DNA of 64,000 bases. It comes from Ruditapes philippinarum (Eukaryota). The stretch spans positions 1 through 64,000 of the forward strand of contig NW_026855927.1 in assembly GCF_026571515.1 (NCBI RefSeq), in the 5' to 3' direction. Shown here one piece after another: positions 38,401 to 53,153 of the stretch. Both the position numbers and the translations under genes were made by a program. Every line of letters begins with the position of its first letter. Position 1 is the first letter of the stretch. A model generated the notes under the pieces. It worked only from the letters and a program-made list of their open reading frames with translations, ran no database searches and was not told the DNA's origin.

Positions 38401-39307
38401 CAACTGCGCGGCCTTTACTACTAATTGAAGTATAATTGTCCAGATTTATAGAATTAAACCGCCCATTTAAAACCACAAATTTCGAGTCAATGAGAAAGTC
38501 AATGAAATCACGACCGTGCTGATTAACATTGAGATCTAACGGTTCACGAGGTGATATGAGATCACAGAAGTCAATGTTGTCCGATAGATTCCCTATTCGA
38601 GCGTTTAAATCTGCCCGACAAAGATATAGTCACTTTCATAATTACTGTAAATCTGGGTCAGTAGGTGAGAAAAGAACGATTGGGCGTCCCTTCCCCTGGC
38701 GGAATTTTCAGGTGGCAAATAACAGGAATATACTATGAAGTTCATTTCGGTCGATTTATTGACGAATTTCAGTCCTAATATTCCATCGAATGATTTGTCT
38801 ATGATTTCAATATTAAATGCATCAACAATACACTGTTTTATTAATAATCCGACTCCTCCAGAGGCTTTAGGAGCATTTCGATGGATTTCACGTCTATTAA
38901 ATCCATACCATACAAAACCTGGCATTTCGATCACTGCATCGTTTGCGAGATGTGTTTCACAAAGAGAGATTATATCCGCATTGAGACTTTCAACAATAGA
39001 GATACGCAAATTAGAGTTTTCTGTAGTCCATCCACATACGTTCAAATGTACAAAACGGATTTTGTCACTAGGTCGGGAAATACCCTAGTCAATATGTTGT
39101 TCCATTGGTTCCGAGTTTACGTCACGTGCACGTCGAGGGACGATTCGTCCGTTACCATCTACACGGAAGTTTTCCCCGCCGTCGGGCAGTTGTCGTAGTA
39201 CGGCGCGTGCATTTTGAACAATAACTCGCTCAGCGCGACTCCTGCAACTTCTGTATAATCCCTGGAATTTTTCAGCGACCATTTACTGCGCAAAACAAGC
39301 ACTTTTT
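35490..39307 (-). mobile_element. Decayed non-LTR retrotransposon (LINE) with ORF1 tail, APE endonuclease and RT; frameshifted and internally deleted
   Basis: APE motifs NVCG, ISLCETHL, GGVG, YLPP, VVDY and PDH (37955..39045). RT motifs EQNGFR, FIDLKKCFD, GVKQGCPLSP and YADD (36067..37455). C-terminal ETGRY/CxxC/HFILYC (35874..36104). TSD TAATATGA at 35482-35489 and 39308-39315. Confidence 0.95.
36067..37455 (-). pseudogene. LINE reverse transcriptase domain fragment
   Basis: 462-aa ORF with canonical RT motifs. It lacks the RT N-terminal part and is frameshifted at the C-terminus. Confidence 0.93.
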
Positions 39308-39639
39308 TAATATGAATGTTGTAACCAATTGAGAGAGAAAAAATAAATGCTGCTCACCACTGTCTTTTTCAAATTGTCAAAATCTGATTGCCTCCAAATA
39401 TCAACTCACCTTCCAGTAATGTTTTTAATCTTTAGGGTTAGGCCTGCATAATTGCTTTACACGAATATTTTTGCAGTGACTGCTAATGAACTAATTACTT
39501 TTATTGATTTTGTATTAGAAGCGGGAGAAATGACATTTTGTTTCAGATATGTTTTTATGGAAATTAGGTATCTTTTCCTGGATTATGACTGTTATTTTAC
39601 GTGTCCTTATGCTTTTCGCACATTCGAATACTAAAACTG

Positions 39640-40174
39640 AGAAGGTATCTGTTCAGCTACAGACATTGAAGATGCAGATCGTTTTATTCTCATATGTGAA
39701 AAATACAATGTTTTAACGAAAAGATATATAGACAGTTATTTTTATGAAAGGCCTAACATTCACAAACTAATACAGCTACTGTCAACTCAAAACAGCCTAA
39801 CTTTAAATAATTTAGCATGTTTTATTAACTGAGCGATAAAGATAAGACTTAATCTGTTATAAAATAATTAAAGCTAAAGACTACACATTTAAATCAACTC
39901 TTATTGCACGAATTGTTATCAACTTTATATCATAAATAAAGTTCTTCATTAAACATAACACTTAACTAGATCACTCTCTGATATAACTTGTAACTTTGTG
40001 ATATATGTGTAATATATAATTATGTTGTGTATCTTTATTGTGTTTCTCTACATTTAATTGTACACGTAAGACCTGATTACTTTGCGTTTTGATTATGTAT
40101 TGTAATCTTTATTGTTGTGAACAAGGAGCTATGCTTTATTCTATTATGTTCTGTTTGTTGATAGGAGATAGTTA
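39640..40174 (+). mobile_element. LINE 3' terminal fragment
   Basis: Manual translation from 39662 gives DIEDADRFILICEKYNVLTKRYIDSYFYERPNIHKLIQLLSTQNSLTLNNLACFIN*, which resembles LINE ORF2 C-termini (EDExHFILxC). Confidence 0.7.
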
Positions 40175-40381
40175 NNNNNNNNNNNNNNNNNNNNNNNNNN
40201 NNNNNNNNNNNNNNNNNNNNNNNNNNNNNNNNNNNNNNNNNNNNNNNNNNNNNNNNNNNNNNNNNNNNNNNNNNNNNNNNNNNNNNNNNNNNNNNNNNNN
40301 NNNNNNNNNNNNNNNNNNNNNNNNNNNNNNNNNNNNNNNNNNNNNNNNNNNNNNNNNNNNNNNNNNNNNNNNNNNNNNNNN
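40175..40381. other. Assembly gap
   Basis: N run. Confidence 1.
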
Positions 40382-43300
40382 GAATTGTTATATACAAATA
40401 ATACAAAAATAAAAAGATGCACAATTAGGGTTATACTTAATTAATATGTTTACATCAGTCTTGACCCGTTTCTTCAGACGTACTTTCACGCTTTGTCACC
40501 CCTTGAGGTCTCAAATAGTAAAATAAGACACTATTTAGTCCCCAAACACTTGTTTTCGTTTGAGAAATGCTGTTAAAAAGTAACCACTTTTTCTGCGCCT
40601 TCCCCTATCAAATTGATACATCAGGTGGGTGCATGAGGGGTGTTTGATTGGGGCCAGCAGACACCCTCATCTCCAAGAAAATTTTAGACTTGTGAGGGGC
40701 TAAAAATGGCCTCAGTTCGGCTTAGGTTAACGTGTAACCGACTCTGATAAGTCTTTGACTGTATCTCAATTAATTGAGAAGTTTCAGCACTTTGGAATCA
40801 GTTATGATGGAAAAATCAACGCAAAATAGTGTTTTTTTTTGCAATTTTGAGATGTCCCCTCGTTGCCTTGGTAACCGTAATTTTAAGATTGAGTATTCCG
40901 TTACAAAGGCTATGACTCAGTCAACATTTGTGCCAAGTTTGAACAGTATTGAAGCTTTTTAATAGTTTCATAGCAAGTTGAACTTGTACCAAGAGGCTTT
41001 TCAATGGAAACAGCCTTTTTTCACAAAATGCTCATGCAGTAATGGGTTAATAATCATATAGGAAATTGTTATAAAAGACTAGTCAGGTATGAAAAAGACA
41101 ACAGAATATAACGGTATGAGCATACATTGTAATTTTAAAACACAGAGTAGTGAGGTGTTTTGGCCTTCACTGTATGCATCTTTCTATTCTACATACATGG
41201 TAACATTTCATTTTGTTTACTATATATTGTTGACACTATTAATTCATATGTGTATATACTAAATGTGACTATGAGCCAAAATGGCTTTGTCAATTGTATA
41301 TTGCGCTATTTGTGAAAGAACAAAGCTTCTTCTTCTAAGTTATTAAAGCAAACTTTATATACAATACATACTTTTGGAATTGCTAATGTTTTTATCATCA
41401 TTTTATTATGAAAACATAGACAACTTGTACAGGTATTAGTAAAATCTACACGTTACAGCTACCATCTCTTAGTGTTATATTGCCTATGAATAAATAAATA
41501 TTATTTTCTTTATAAAAATTGGTTTTGATGTTTATATAAAAAATATCGATTTCTTTAATGTTACGCATTAAGAAAAGTTGTTTACTATCAGTTGTTGGGC
41601 AATTACAGTCAATGCTCGTATAGTGTATATAAACTGTTTTTTATATTGATCCGACATAAAGTTCATACTTAAATTTATGTTAACTTTACGTTTTAATGGA
41701 TGACATTATCTCTTTCACAACAATCAGACGACATTAATTCTAACTATCTGTAAAGCTACACAATTATGTATAGCGCCGATTACAGCGATTAAAGATACTG
41801 TATTGATACTTTCTTACCTATATGGTATTTATACTTTAAAACTTATTTCCTGACTGTACAATCACTTGCAATAGTTTAGAACTATTTAAACTAAACATAG
41901 ACACACTGTAAAATAGTTTGAAAGGTAAACGAAATCATGATTGGACATTATCATTGCTCAATTAAGGTTATTGCCTCTAGTATCGAGGTTGTCAATAATT
42001 TACACGCACCTTCACAGACTATAAAACGCCTTGAGATCTCTTATTTCCTCTTTCTTCCGAAAGTTAATTAACTACATTGCATATCAATGCTTGTAAAAAA
42101 TCTTCAGTAAAACTGACTACAATAAAACACGGTATCGCCATTTTCCTGTTATAACAGTTCTATATACATTGATTTTGTCTTATGACATTTAATAAGGAAA
42201 AATTTGAAAGTGTTCATAATTTAAAACTGCATACCTATAGATGAGCCGAAATATTTCGAGAAAATCAAACTTGAGAAAAATGTTTAAAGATTTTAAGAAA
42301 AGTAAAGAGATTGAAGATTCAATTAATGATTCACATGTTGTGAGAGATTTACGACTGATTTTGCATTAAAAATCACCATAATTATACTGCGTTACTAACG
42401 CAGTAAGGGATAATTTGAATATTTTGACATCTTTTTGGTAATTTGAGCGGATGGTAAGTGCCGTTTATAATGTGTAAATTATTTCCTTTGTTCACTACCC
42501 AATATTTTACTTTTAAATACATTTATAAAATTTAATGAAAATTAGCAAGAATCTTGAGACATGCTGCTTTAAGATACAAGATATGTCAAAACGCCATTAA
42601 ACCCTTTTTCCTTCATGCGATCCGAGTTTTGATCATGAATTGTCTTTTGAATAGGTTTGATATCGTTGTTGCATCGACAATGTCTGTGAATCATTTTCTT
42701 AAAAGAAACACATATTGTCTGGTCAGGGGAACAGAAGAGTTTGTTAAGAGAACATAACCATCCGATACATGGGTATTGCTTCATTTCAAATTCATATCAC
42801 TTGCAGAAATTGGAAATTATTAGTTGTTTATCCTAAAAGCCGGTAAAATGGACCGACTAAAGAGAAATGACCAAATAATGTGTAAAATTCAGCGTGAAAC
42901 AAAACAAAAACAAGAAAAATGTAGACAAATCAAAGATAAAACACAACGTTTTCGAAATGCAACTCTGACAAGAAGTAATAGGGATGGGCCACAGGGTAGG
43001 CACCAAAGGGGAACATTGTACCCTTGTTATTCATGAATAAATAGTTTTCTGTAAGTCTAGTCCGTCCAAATTAATGACGAATGTTCGTCTTGTTTTAACT
43101 GCACCTTATTAATTTTGCAAAGGTTCCATTAGCTATCTAAAGTACAGACAATAAAGTATCGGAATTATCTCTCAATGAACTTTATCTTGAAGGTCAAACC
43201 TTTTAAGAAATAGAAAAAAAATTATGTTAGCAAAAGACATTGCATCAAAAACATATACGTATATAGAACTCATTTGAATTTAATTCCAGCAAATCCAATT

Positions 43301-44029
43301 GTACTGAACGAACCTTCTTTATAAATGAGGATTCAACTCAACTTCTACTACACAAACGTTTTCAATTATTTGCAAACTAAATGACATGGCATCATTTTGA
43401 TTCAGTAAGTATTGGAAAATATCTAGTTTATAAAGCATACCTATTTTTTTTGGCGACTATAAGCCTCTTTTTTAAGAAACTGCACTTATGTGTCATATTA
43501 AATATTCCATTATAACTGCCATTCCAATATATCTGCTGATGTTCCTTTATTCACCGTTTTACAATAACATCTAACTGAATCCCCTATAAGGGGGCGTTGA
43601 CAGTAAGTTGCTCATAGCAGTGCCTCAATCAAACCGAGCCTGCAACATTTTAAATTTTGCAGGGTTTTTTTTTGCTATCTGTTACAGGGAATGTGCAGCC
43701 TTTAACTGCTCCGAAGAATATATGGCCACATTGTTAGTGTATCCATAAGTTCTTTATTATATCAATGAAATGAATGTATGAATTGATCTTGTTGATCTAA
43801 TGGTTTGGTCATAACGTCGAAATGGAAAACCAAAATCACGCCTTATACCCGTTTTCTCTAGAAAGATCTGCAACTGTAAATTAAATGCATTGTAAATTTA
43901 ACCTTAAGAATAATGTTTGTTTAATTGTAAAATTCTTGAATTCATTTCCTGATATAATGTATCATAAACAAGTGAAATGACGAAGGTTTGTAATTTAATT
44001 TCTTAAACATCTATCTAACACGGTATATT

Positions 44030-45200
44030 CAAAACAGAATCCCTAGAGAAAGCCCAACACGGCAAAATTGAAAATGTTGCAGGCTCGGTTTGATTGAGCC
44101 TGTTCATGGACGGTACTGGAAAGTGCAAATTACCGTGTACGCCCCATAGCACCGTCACAATATGTAAACCCCAGCAAAAATAAGCCAATCAATAGGCATG
44201 CTCCTGAGTGCGGGTAACTAATACCCGCACTCCAGTTAACGCACTGTGAATGTATATGTATACGAATTAACCCTGGCACATTTTCAACAGAAAGGTCTTC
44301 AAACTATGATACAAAGTGCAAGTTACCGTCCACGCCCCCTAGCACCGGCTTTAGCAGAATTCAACATTTAACACGGACTGGTACAATTTGGAATTTTGAA
44401 ACATCCGCAGATGTGTTCATATGACGGTTATCATGGAACCTTCAATGTGACACGTAAGTGCCATTCCATGAAAAGCGGCATATGGTCCCCAAGTAAAAAA
44501 ATGCGTGTGCCCTAAACGAGAAAACAATGGGCGGAACTAAATAAAATGGAATTTTGAAAGGGGATCTGAGGTTATGAAGCCTGCATATCACAGATAAGAC
44601 GTCAAAAGACAATTAAAAAAGCAGGCAACATATCCTTAGGGTGATTAGACAGTATTCAAGTAGGAATACTGGAACCACCCAAGTTGAAAAAGGCCAAAAA
44701 GAAGAAACTTAAAATACCACATAACATGTATACACAACAATTATGTCGTGCTGAACGATCTTCAAGGATCGAAAATATAACATCTTTAATTAAATGTACG
44801 GGGAGACTTTTTACGGCCGCCACACGGCACAATTAACACTGATGTGACCATAAAATAGAGAAAAACAGAGTCCCTAAAGAAAGCCCAACACGGCAAAATT
44901 GAAAATGTCGCAGGCTCGGTTTGATTGAGCCTGTTCATGGACGGTACTGGAAAGTGCAAGTTACCGTCCACGCCCCCTAGCACCGGCTTTAGCAGAATTC
45001 AACATTTAACACGGACTGGTACAATTTGGAATTTTGAAACATCTGCAGATGTGTTCATATGACGGTTATCATGGAACCTTCAAAGTGACACGTAAGTGCC
45101 ATTCCATGAAAAGCGGCATATGGTCCCCAAGTAAAAAAAAAGCGTGTGCCCTAAACGAGAAAACAATGGGCGGAACTAAATAAAATGGAATTTTGAAACC
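44030..45200 (+). repeat. Dispersed repeat family with internal direct duplication (core GGCTCGGTTTGATTGAGCCTGTTCATGGACGGTACTGGAAAGTGCAA)
   Basis: 44033-44152 matches 44864-44984 and 44314-44558 matches 44951-45198. Inverted copies lie at 50970-51650. Confidence 0.85.
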
Positions 45201-48098
45201 TTCTGCATATGAATGTTTACTTTCACATGTTTACAATCATGGACTCATACATGTATTATTTAATGTACTGACAATGACAATCGGAACAAAAGATAACAAA
45301 CATATTACTCAATCAATGCAGCAGTGTCCTGACTTGATTGATTGAGTTGGCATGTTGCTTTGTTATTGCACAGATTATTTGTTTTACAAATCTTAAAGTC
45401 AATAATGTATCATCCAACAAAAAATTGTTTAATGCTGCATCTCTATTGTCTTCATACTGGGCTGATTGAATGCCATACTGTAAAATCAATGCATTTATTT
45501 TACAATTAAAAAAGCACAATAAAACACATCTAAACCAATACGACAGACAACAACGAATATCAATTTAGATTTCAGCTTAAACCTTTTAGTGGCGGGATAT
45601 TCAATTGTATCCATAAGAATTGAAATAAATTAAATTATCTTATTGAAAGCGATCTTTATAGTTTCGCCTGTTTCATCTTTGTATATGGATGGGTGTTGTC
45701 AGGTGCAGTTTTCTTTGAACGGCGTCCTGCCTTATTGATCTTTATATTCATAGTTTACGCTGAAAGAATACGAAAATATTAATATTATATTTAGCTGGTG
45801 CTGTGTTTTACACTTATACCATGATAAAGATATAATATACATAACTATATACTAGATACTTCTACATGTATATGACTACATTGTCTCACAATTGTTCTTG
45901 GCAAGTACAGTCGGTAATGAACTGTTTGAATGTGGCATTATCTGATGATGTGGCATGTTGTTTAATAAGTTTATTACAGTGTCATAAAGGCCGTCCGTAT
46001 ATTTGCAAGATAAGTTTGTATTAGTTATTTAAAAATATTTTGTGAAAATCCATCTTACTGTATTTATTGTGTACAATTAAAAATCTTTTTACTTTTTTAT
46101 AAATGAAATAAGCAAATTCAGTGTATAGTGTAAAGCTTGAAAACCGTCGGATTACCTTTACGGTGTTGATGTGACTTACACAGACACCCCTTTTAATTAA
46201 AAAAGAAAAGAAAAGGAATCGTGTTATTCTAAAAACAGTTTCGTAATTTGATCAACTTTCAACTACTTTAAATAAATGTGTTCATGGTTTATTTCGGTAC
46301 TAAAGGACATACAAATGCAATAGTTCCAATATAATAAGATTTGAAAGAACAAAAAACAGATCAACAAAGAAGGGTGGCATTGAACGAACGCTTCCCCAAT
46401 ACAACTAAAATGACACCAACACTGCACGCAGAATTATTCCATGATGATGACATTTAACAACATTGATTGGCCAATGTACTATTTTTTTTTATGACACAAT
46501 ATATGTTTGAGTATGTAACTTGTAGAAAATGATTAAACTTTTCATTGTATCAAGAAATAAACTAAAAAGCTTATATCTAGGCCGATATTGCGTTATATGA
46601 TCAAGTAAATACCAAGTTGCCTTAGATGCTTAAATTTTGATGATTTTGAATTTTGATGCATTCATTTTTCCTCTATGATTGTTATCAGGATAAGGCAAAA
46701 AAAAGAAACATTGCAAGTTTTTATTGTTACGACTTTTGTTTATTTACCAAGAAAAACCGTTATGTTCAACACAAAAATACTAAAGATGCAGTGTACAATA
46801 TTAATTCATGTTCATCTTTCTTAAAAAATTACTTCACAAAAAAAGTTCAACTTTCATTACTTTTATGACTTTCTTTTTGACACCATTAACCATTAATGTT
46901 GCAATGACGGATAAATAGACATATTTAAAAAGAAAAGAAACACACACACACAAAAAAAACTTAGTTATTTGTTTAACTTTCGTCAATAATTATTCTACAT
47001 CTTAATATCGGAAATAGAAAAGCATCTTTTGTTCATACATGCATGAAACGGCTTGAAGCATTTTGTCTTCCTTCCAGAAAATTGATTAAATTACACTGTA
47101 AAGCATAGCTTGTGGAAATATTTCATCATTTAATCGAAATTAACTGACTTTAACTCAATTACAGCAACACTCGTCTTTCATCATATAAAATACACTTTTT
47201 GATTAACAAACTTAATTGGAAAACATGGCATTTTGTTTAAACATACTCTTTTTCAAACATATGCACAAATAAACACATATTATATACAATTATTAATTTA
47301 CAATGATGAAAAAGGATCAGATCCGAAAGCATACAATGCTTATTCAAGTCTTTTCCAAACATGTAATTCATTACTGTAAATCAAGCAGAATTTTTCAAAG
47401 ATATATTCCTTGTATCAAAAATAGAGAATTTCTAAAACATGTCCAAACGAAACGCTCTTTACAATAGGTCGGAAAAGATAATGAGTTAATTTCAAACCAT
47501 TATTTGCTAAAAAGTACATATTGATATAATGTCTTATACTGTTTTAAAATGGATAATGTTATGATCGAAGCCTTTATACATACAAATTAATGTTATCATC
47601 GTATCCAATCATATTCCAAATAACACCAATCTTTTTTTATTTTATAGATTTACATTAAAGTGATTAACTTAACGAGCTAATGAATATCCGAGTCATGTCA
47701 TAGGAAATGTCTACGTATTGATTCAGTCAAGAAAATATATATATTTACACGAATGATTGAGAGAAAAAAGTATTTCGAATCATGCAAACATACTTTAGGA
47801 GGCTATTGCATGTACTTGGTAATTTAAGTTTATCTCTAGATTATTACAAATCTCGTTCTCCCATTTTAAACGATATGATCAATACTATCATTGACATCAG
47901 TCTTTTATTCATATTCTTTGAATAACTGCAAGTGTACAATCAGTTCTTTTGATTCACTTTTACTAATTTATTAGAGTGAGTATGCTACTCAATGACAGTT
48001 ACATCTGCGACAGTGTTTAAGAAATCAGCTCCGTTCATGAATCTTTGACCGCCTTTTTAATATTCTAACAGTCACAAATAACACTTGCAATAAAGTAC

Positions 48099-48853
48099 CT
48101 GGACCCGGTTGTTCAAAACATGGTTAGTGATAACCAACGGATAAAATCATTATCCACCGGGGAAAATTTGTCTATTTGATAAATTCTGTTATTCAAAAGT
48201 TATCCAACGGATATAATGCATTATCCAGTGGTTAACTTTAACCAGTCCTAATGCCCTTAAACAGTTGTTAGTCCTCACCATTTAAACAGTAAACACCATT
48301 TATACTTGTCTGAAACTAAACTTTTTAACAAGTATATGTTTATTTTTTCTTAACTAGAACATTTCATATGAAATGTATAGGATTAAATTGAAACATTTCT
48401 GAAAAAGTGTTTTCAGAACCCTTTTTCAAACTCAATTTGTTGTTGTTGTAGTTCAGAAAATTCAGTTTGACAGTCATAACTTTCTAATTCTTTTATAAAA
48501 CATACAAGTGTCAGTACTCATCTAATGGAAGTAATTCAAAATTTGAAAAAAAAGTTGTTTTTGAATTTTTTTACTTATGTGTGTCTAAAGGAAAAATGGA
48601 TCTATCGATACTTTAAGGCCTTTGATATACTTTTTGTTTAATTCCAAAAACATGAAAGCACAAAACATGAAAATTTAATTCTTTGGTAGCTTCCTGGTTC
48701 TTAGAAATATGTTATTCATCAATAAATCGACCATTTTGTTTACAGAATCACTAACCGGCCCTGTTGCATTGTGGTACTTAACCAGTGGATAAATACATAA
48801 TCCACCGGTTAGATAGCCAGGGTACTATCCAACTGTCGAACAACCCAGTCCAG
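48099..48853. mobile_element. MITE with TIRs, possibly PIF/Harbinger-like (CWG flanks)
   Basis: Ends CTGGACCCGGTTGTTC and GAACAACCCAGTCCAG, with subterminal ATCCACCGG/GGATA motifs. The paralogous site near 30740 reads TACAGAA without the insert. Confidence 0.8.
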
Positions 48854-50969
48854 AATCTAACGTTTTGTTCTCCTTAACAATAAAAATGACTTTAGGGTTG
48901 AGCCTAAGTTCTCAGTTTCTTTAAACACGTACCTCGTAAAAGATTTGTTTTTAACTAATTCCGTTGATAATTTTTGTTTGAATATTTTTTTTCAAAGTTA
49001 TTGTCGAATTTTGAAATATTATTGTCATAAAACAAGATAAAATACACCTGACAACTTGATTGCACTAAATGTGGTAGTAAATCTATTTTAACGTCACTGT
49101 TTTAAGTTATATGAGATTATATGACATCGGGGAAAAAGCGTCATCTGGTTTATTTGATATCTCTTTGAACTTACCATGTTTTTCACTGAAATGTTAATAA
49201 TTATACTTGATTTATTAACACTGGCAGATGTTTGTGCTTAATAAACCGTCAAGAGGAGGAGGATTATTATTATAACAAATTTGTATTTGTCTCATGTTTT
49301 TGTATTATATGTATGCAAACTGGGATATATAACGAATAAACTTAAAATTTGAAACTTGATTAAGTGCATGTACCTATAAATTGTGCAACCGTTTCATGTT
49401 ATCATTCTCGAATTACGAGAATCATGAGTATATTTTAAGTCTATTGCTGATTTGATAGCACATTTTATAATTCCACAAAGGAATTTACTGATTCTAGGTT
49501 TGAAACATAGATGTTTTAAATTACGTAATCTTTATCCTCCGAGATAACGTAACTACCATGTCACTGATACACGTTCTAATAATAATTACAAATAACATTT
49601 AGAAGATAATTGGCATACATGTCATTAGTACATGTACTACCTTATATATGTCGAAATGTTTCCATGGTCTTGTCGATATAGAAATTGGTTCAAAGATGGT
49701 CTAAGATGCTAAAAAAGGCAAACTAAAAGTCAGCATTCTTTAATTGAAACTTGAGAACAATTTTAGCTGGACAGTTTCAGAAATAATAATTACATGTATA
49801 AATAAATAATGACAGAAATACACTTTTCTTGAGAATTTCAGCGAAAAAATGAAGAATATTAGATATGTTTCAGTTCAATTATCATGTTTATTTCGTGCGC
49901 GATATTTGATAACGCTCAAGATACTAAAAATATTCAAACAAATTATCTAGAATTGAAGGACCCGGGGAATATGACATTACTGATATTATGTACGAACAAA
50001 CTTTTATTTTGGCTGCCACACATCAGTTGACACTCCCCTACCTGGATATCAATGAAAATAAAGCAAAAGGTCGACAATTTAAGACTTGGTTTAATTCAGT
50101 CGGTACATGAGAGGAAAAGGAAATGTTTTACTCTCATGTAATAAGCCCTAATTTAAGAGGTATTCAATCAGCAACACTAAAAGTATGCGAAGTGATGATC
50201 CCGAGAGACCCGAAAAAACAACAACACTAAGATGGTGTACGGGACATATTCTTTTCCAGCTGCCACACAGCACTTAACATCTGCTGTTATTAATATAAAA
50301 ATCTAGAAAAAAGAAGAGTTGAAACTAAAAAAATATTTTGCTATATTTGATATATTGCTATATGAACATGTGGAAATGGGTGAGCGTTAAAAAAATCATA
50401 AACTATTTTGTCGTTAATCAACTGTGTAAGAGAATACGTGTACAGCATTTAAACACGCTTAATTATAATTTAATCATAAGTTTTCTAATTATAAATGTAT
50501 CAGATAATTACACATCTTTTCTGATATAATGATTGCCAAAAATAGATGATTAGTCATAATACGAGGCTGTATGTACAAGTACATAACCAGAATCAAAGAT
50601 GAATCTAAACAAAATGATAAATTAAGCAAGCTTTCTTTCATAGAGTAGCAACGGCTGCGAAGAATCACGATCGGATATTATCGTTGCTCAATTAAGTTTA
50701 TTGCCTCTAGCATCGAGTTTGCCAAGCACTAATACACACTTTCTAAGACTATAAAACGCCTTAAGATTTCTTATCGTGTCTTCCCTTTCGAACGTTAATT
50801 AACTGTAGTGAAAAGCAATGCTTGTGAAAATTCTTCATTAATTGTATCACTATTTTCCTGTTATAACAGCTTCATAAATTTGTTTAGTTTGAACATTAAG
50901 ATTGTATGAGTAATATTATGACACTCTATTGATTTAGACGCGAATAAAGATATGTGAGAAACGGGTCTT

Positions 50970-51650
50970 GAGGACCATACCTGGGGACCATGCGCCGCTT
51001 TTAATGGAATGGCACGAAAGTGTCACATTGAAGGTTCCCTGATAACCGCCGTATGAATATATCTGCGGATGTTTCTAAATTCAAATTTTACCATTATTAT
51101 GATTAAATGTTGAATTCTGCTTAAGTCGGTGTAGGAGACGAGGACGGTAATTTGCACTTTCCATTACCGTCCATGAACAGGCTCAATCAAACCGAGTCTG
51201 CAATATTTTCAGTTTTGTCTTGTTGGGTTTTCTTTAGGGATTCTTTATTTCTCTCTATTTTATCGCCACATCAGCGTTGTTTGTGCCGTGTGGAGGCTGT
51301 AAAAAGTCGCCCGTACATTCAATCAGGGATGTTATATTTTCGATCCTTAAAGATCGTTCAGCACGACATTTTTGTTGTGTTTGTGGTACTTTTCATGGAA
51401 TGGCACGAAAGTGTCACATTGAAGGTTCCATGATAACCGCCGTATGAATACATCTGCGGATGTTTCGTAATTCAAAATTTCACCATTACAATGATTAAGT
51501 GTTGAATACTGCTTATGCCGGTGCTAGGGAGCGAGGACGGTAATTTGCATTTTCCATTGCCGTCCATGAACAGGCTCAGTCAAACCGAGCCTGCAACATT
51601 TTCAGTTTTGTCTTGTTGGCTTTAGGGATTCTTTATTTCTCTCTATTTTG
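50970..51650 (-). repeat. Two tandem inverted copies of the 44-45 kb repeat family
   Basis: Reverse complement of 44740-45130. Absent from the paralogous position near 32247. Confidence 0.85.
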
Positions 51651-53081
51651 ACACATTTTTACGGGAAATAATCGAAAATTTGCCATTAAAATTTCAATAA
51701 GATGTGAAATGGTTGAAGAGATTAAAATAAAGCCCGCTAAATATATTATAATTCAAATATTGACGGTATTATTCATTATTACACGGAAAATTGCAAAATG
51801 AGTACTATTTGTATCAAGAACAGTGTTGTCCATCATAAGACGGCATGAATGTTCTGGGAAGGAATCTGTCGTTCGATATTTGTTTGCACTGGCTGCATGA
51901 CATTTTCATCCTCCGTTTAGCAGTGAAATAATGGAATTATTGGAAAAATGCGTTACATTTAACGGGACATATCAGAGAGGACAGACAAATTGTTAAAAAA
52001 GTTAGATAATAAAATGCACTATGGTTCCATAATATACAATTACACATATTCAAGTATTGAATTCTTCTGATGGTCAGTTGTCTGATAAAGTTGTTTCAGA
52101 AATCATGTTAGATAAGTAGTCCGTCTCTTGCGGAGTAATTACTGGCTTGATTAGTTATCCAGTAAAGCCAGTTGTTGGTCCGGCCGCCGAGATATGACTA
52201 AACATGTAAGTCTACAAATCAACGAGGAAGGACAGCAGCGCTGACAAGCAACAATCACAAAGGGCCAAGGAGAAACATTATCTATAATTCATGAAGTATG
52301 TTCTTTTAGTCTAGTCCGTCCAAATTATTGACGTATTAGATTGGCCGCAGCTTATTAATTTTGCAAAGGATCCATTAGCTCTCTAAAGTACTAACAATAA
52401 AGTACTGGCAATAAAGCATCGGAATGGCTTTATTGAACTTCGTCTTGAAGGTCAAACTTTTAGAGTAGACATAGAATTACTAGAATTACTCGTTTAGCTT
52501 TGGGGACTCTGCAAAAATGATATCTCAGTTAAACCTATTTATGACTGTCTTTAATTGCAAATAAAGAAACATATTACAATCAAATTAAAAAGAAAATCAA
52601 ATAATCCTTTTGATTGTTAATTGTTAGTTAAGATCTAGTTTTTAGAGCACATGAATTCTTCGCTTAGGGACCATATGCAGCTTTTCATGAAATGGCACTA
52701 ACGTGTCACACTGAAAATTCCATGATATTTAACCGCTGTTTGAACATATCATCGTTTTTTTTCTGAATTAAAATGTTATCATTTCAAGCTAAATGTTCAA
52801 TTTTACTTAAGCCAATGCTCGTCAGCCTTGACGGTAACTTGCATTACCGATCCCAATTAAAATTTCTGCTGCAATATTACTATGTAATGTCCATGATTAA
52901 TTTATTTCTTCGAATATTTTTACAATAAATGGATATAGAAAGGTTTAAAATATCATTGCAGCAAATATTTAATGCAATATGAACAGTTCGATTTGAAGAT
53001 TTAATAAAAACGAAATAAGCCTAGAAGCTGATTTTTCTGACCATTATTTTGAGGTGACGTATATTATGAATGAAAATGTGC

Positions 53082-53153
53082 AGCCTGACCAGGGCTCGAA
53101 CCCGGAACCCTCGGATTAACGTTTCGTGGCTCTACCGACTGAGCTTTCCGGCC
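53082..53153 (-). pseudogene. Degenerate tRNA-like sequence (SINE head or pseudo-tRNA, GTT in the loop)
   Basis: Minus strand GGCCGGAAAGCTCAGTCGGTAGAGC...GGGTTCGAGCCCTGGTCAGGCT has A and B boxes, but the acceptor and anticodon stems are mismatched. Confidence 0.7.

Larger units (their letters stand above)
26990..39632 (+). repeat. Segmental duplication copy 1 (paralogous to about 41935-56620)
   Basis: Colinear matches: 27002~41948, 28120~43053, 29630~47040, 31950~50667, 34200~54235, 35270~56050, 39320-39632~56283-56620. Confidence 0.92.

Noticed and set aside
42824-43036. 70-aa basic ORF in the duplicated cassette
   Set aside because: The paralogue at 27890-28100 has an in-frame stop (GATTAA), and the region resembles a decayed SINE tail.
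53082-53153. Functional tRNA-Asn gene
   Set aside because: The anticodon and acceptor stems are mispaired, so it is better explained as repeat-derived.
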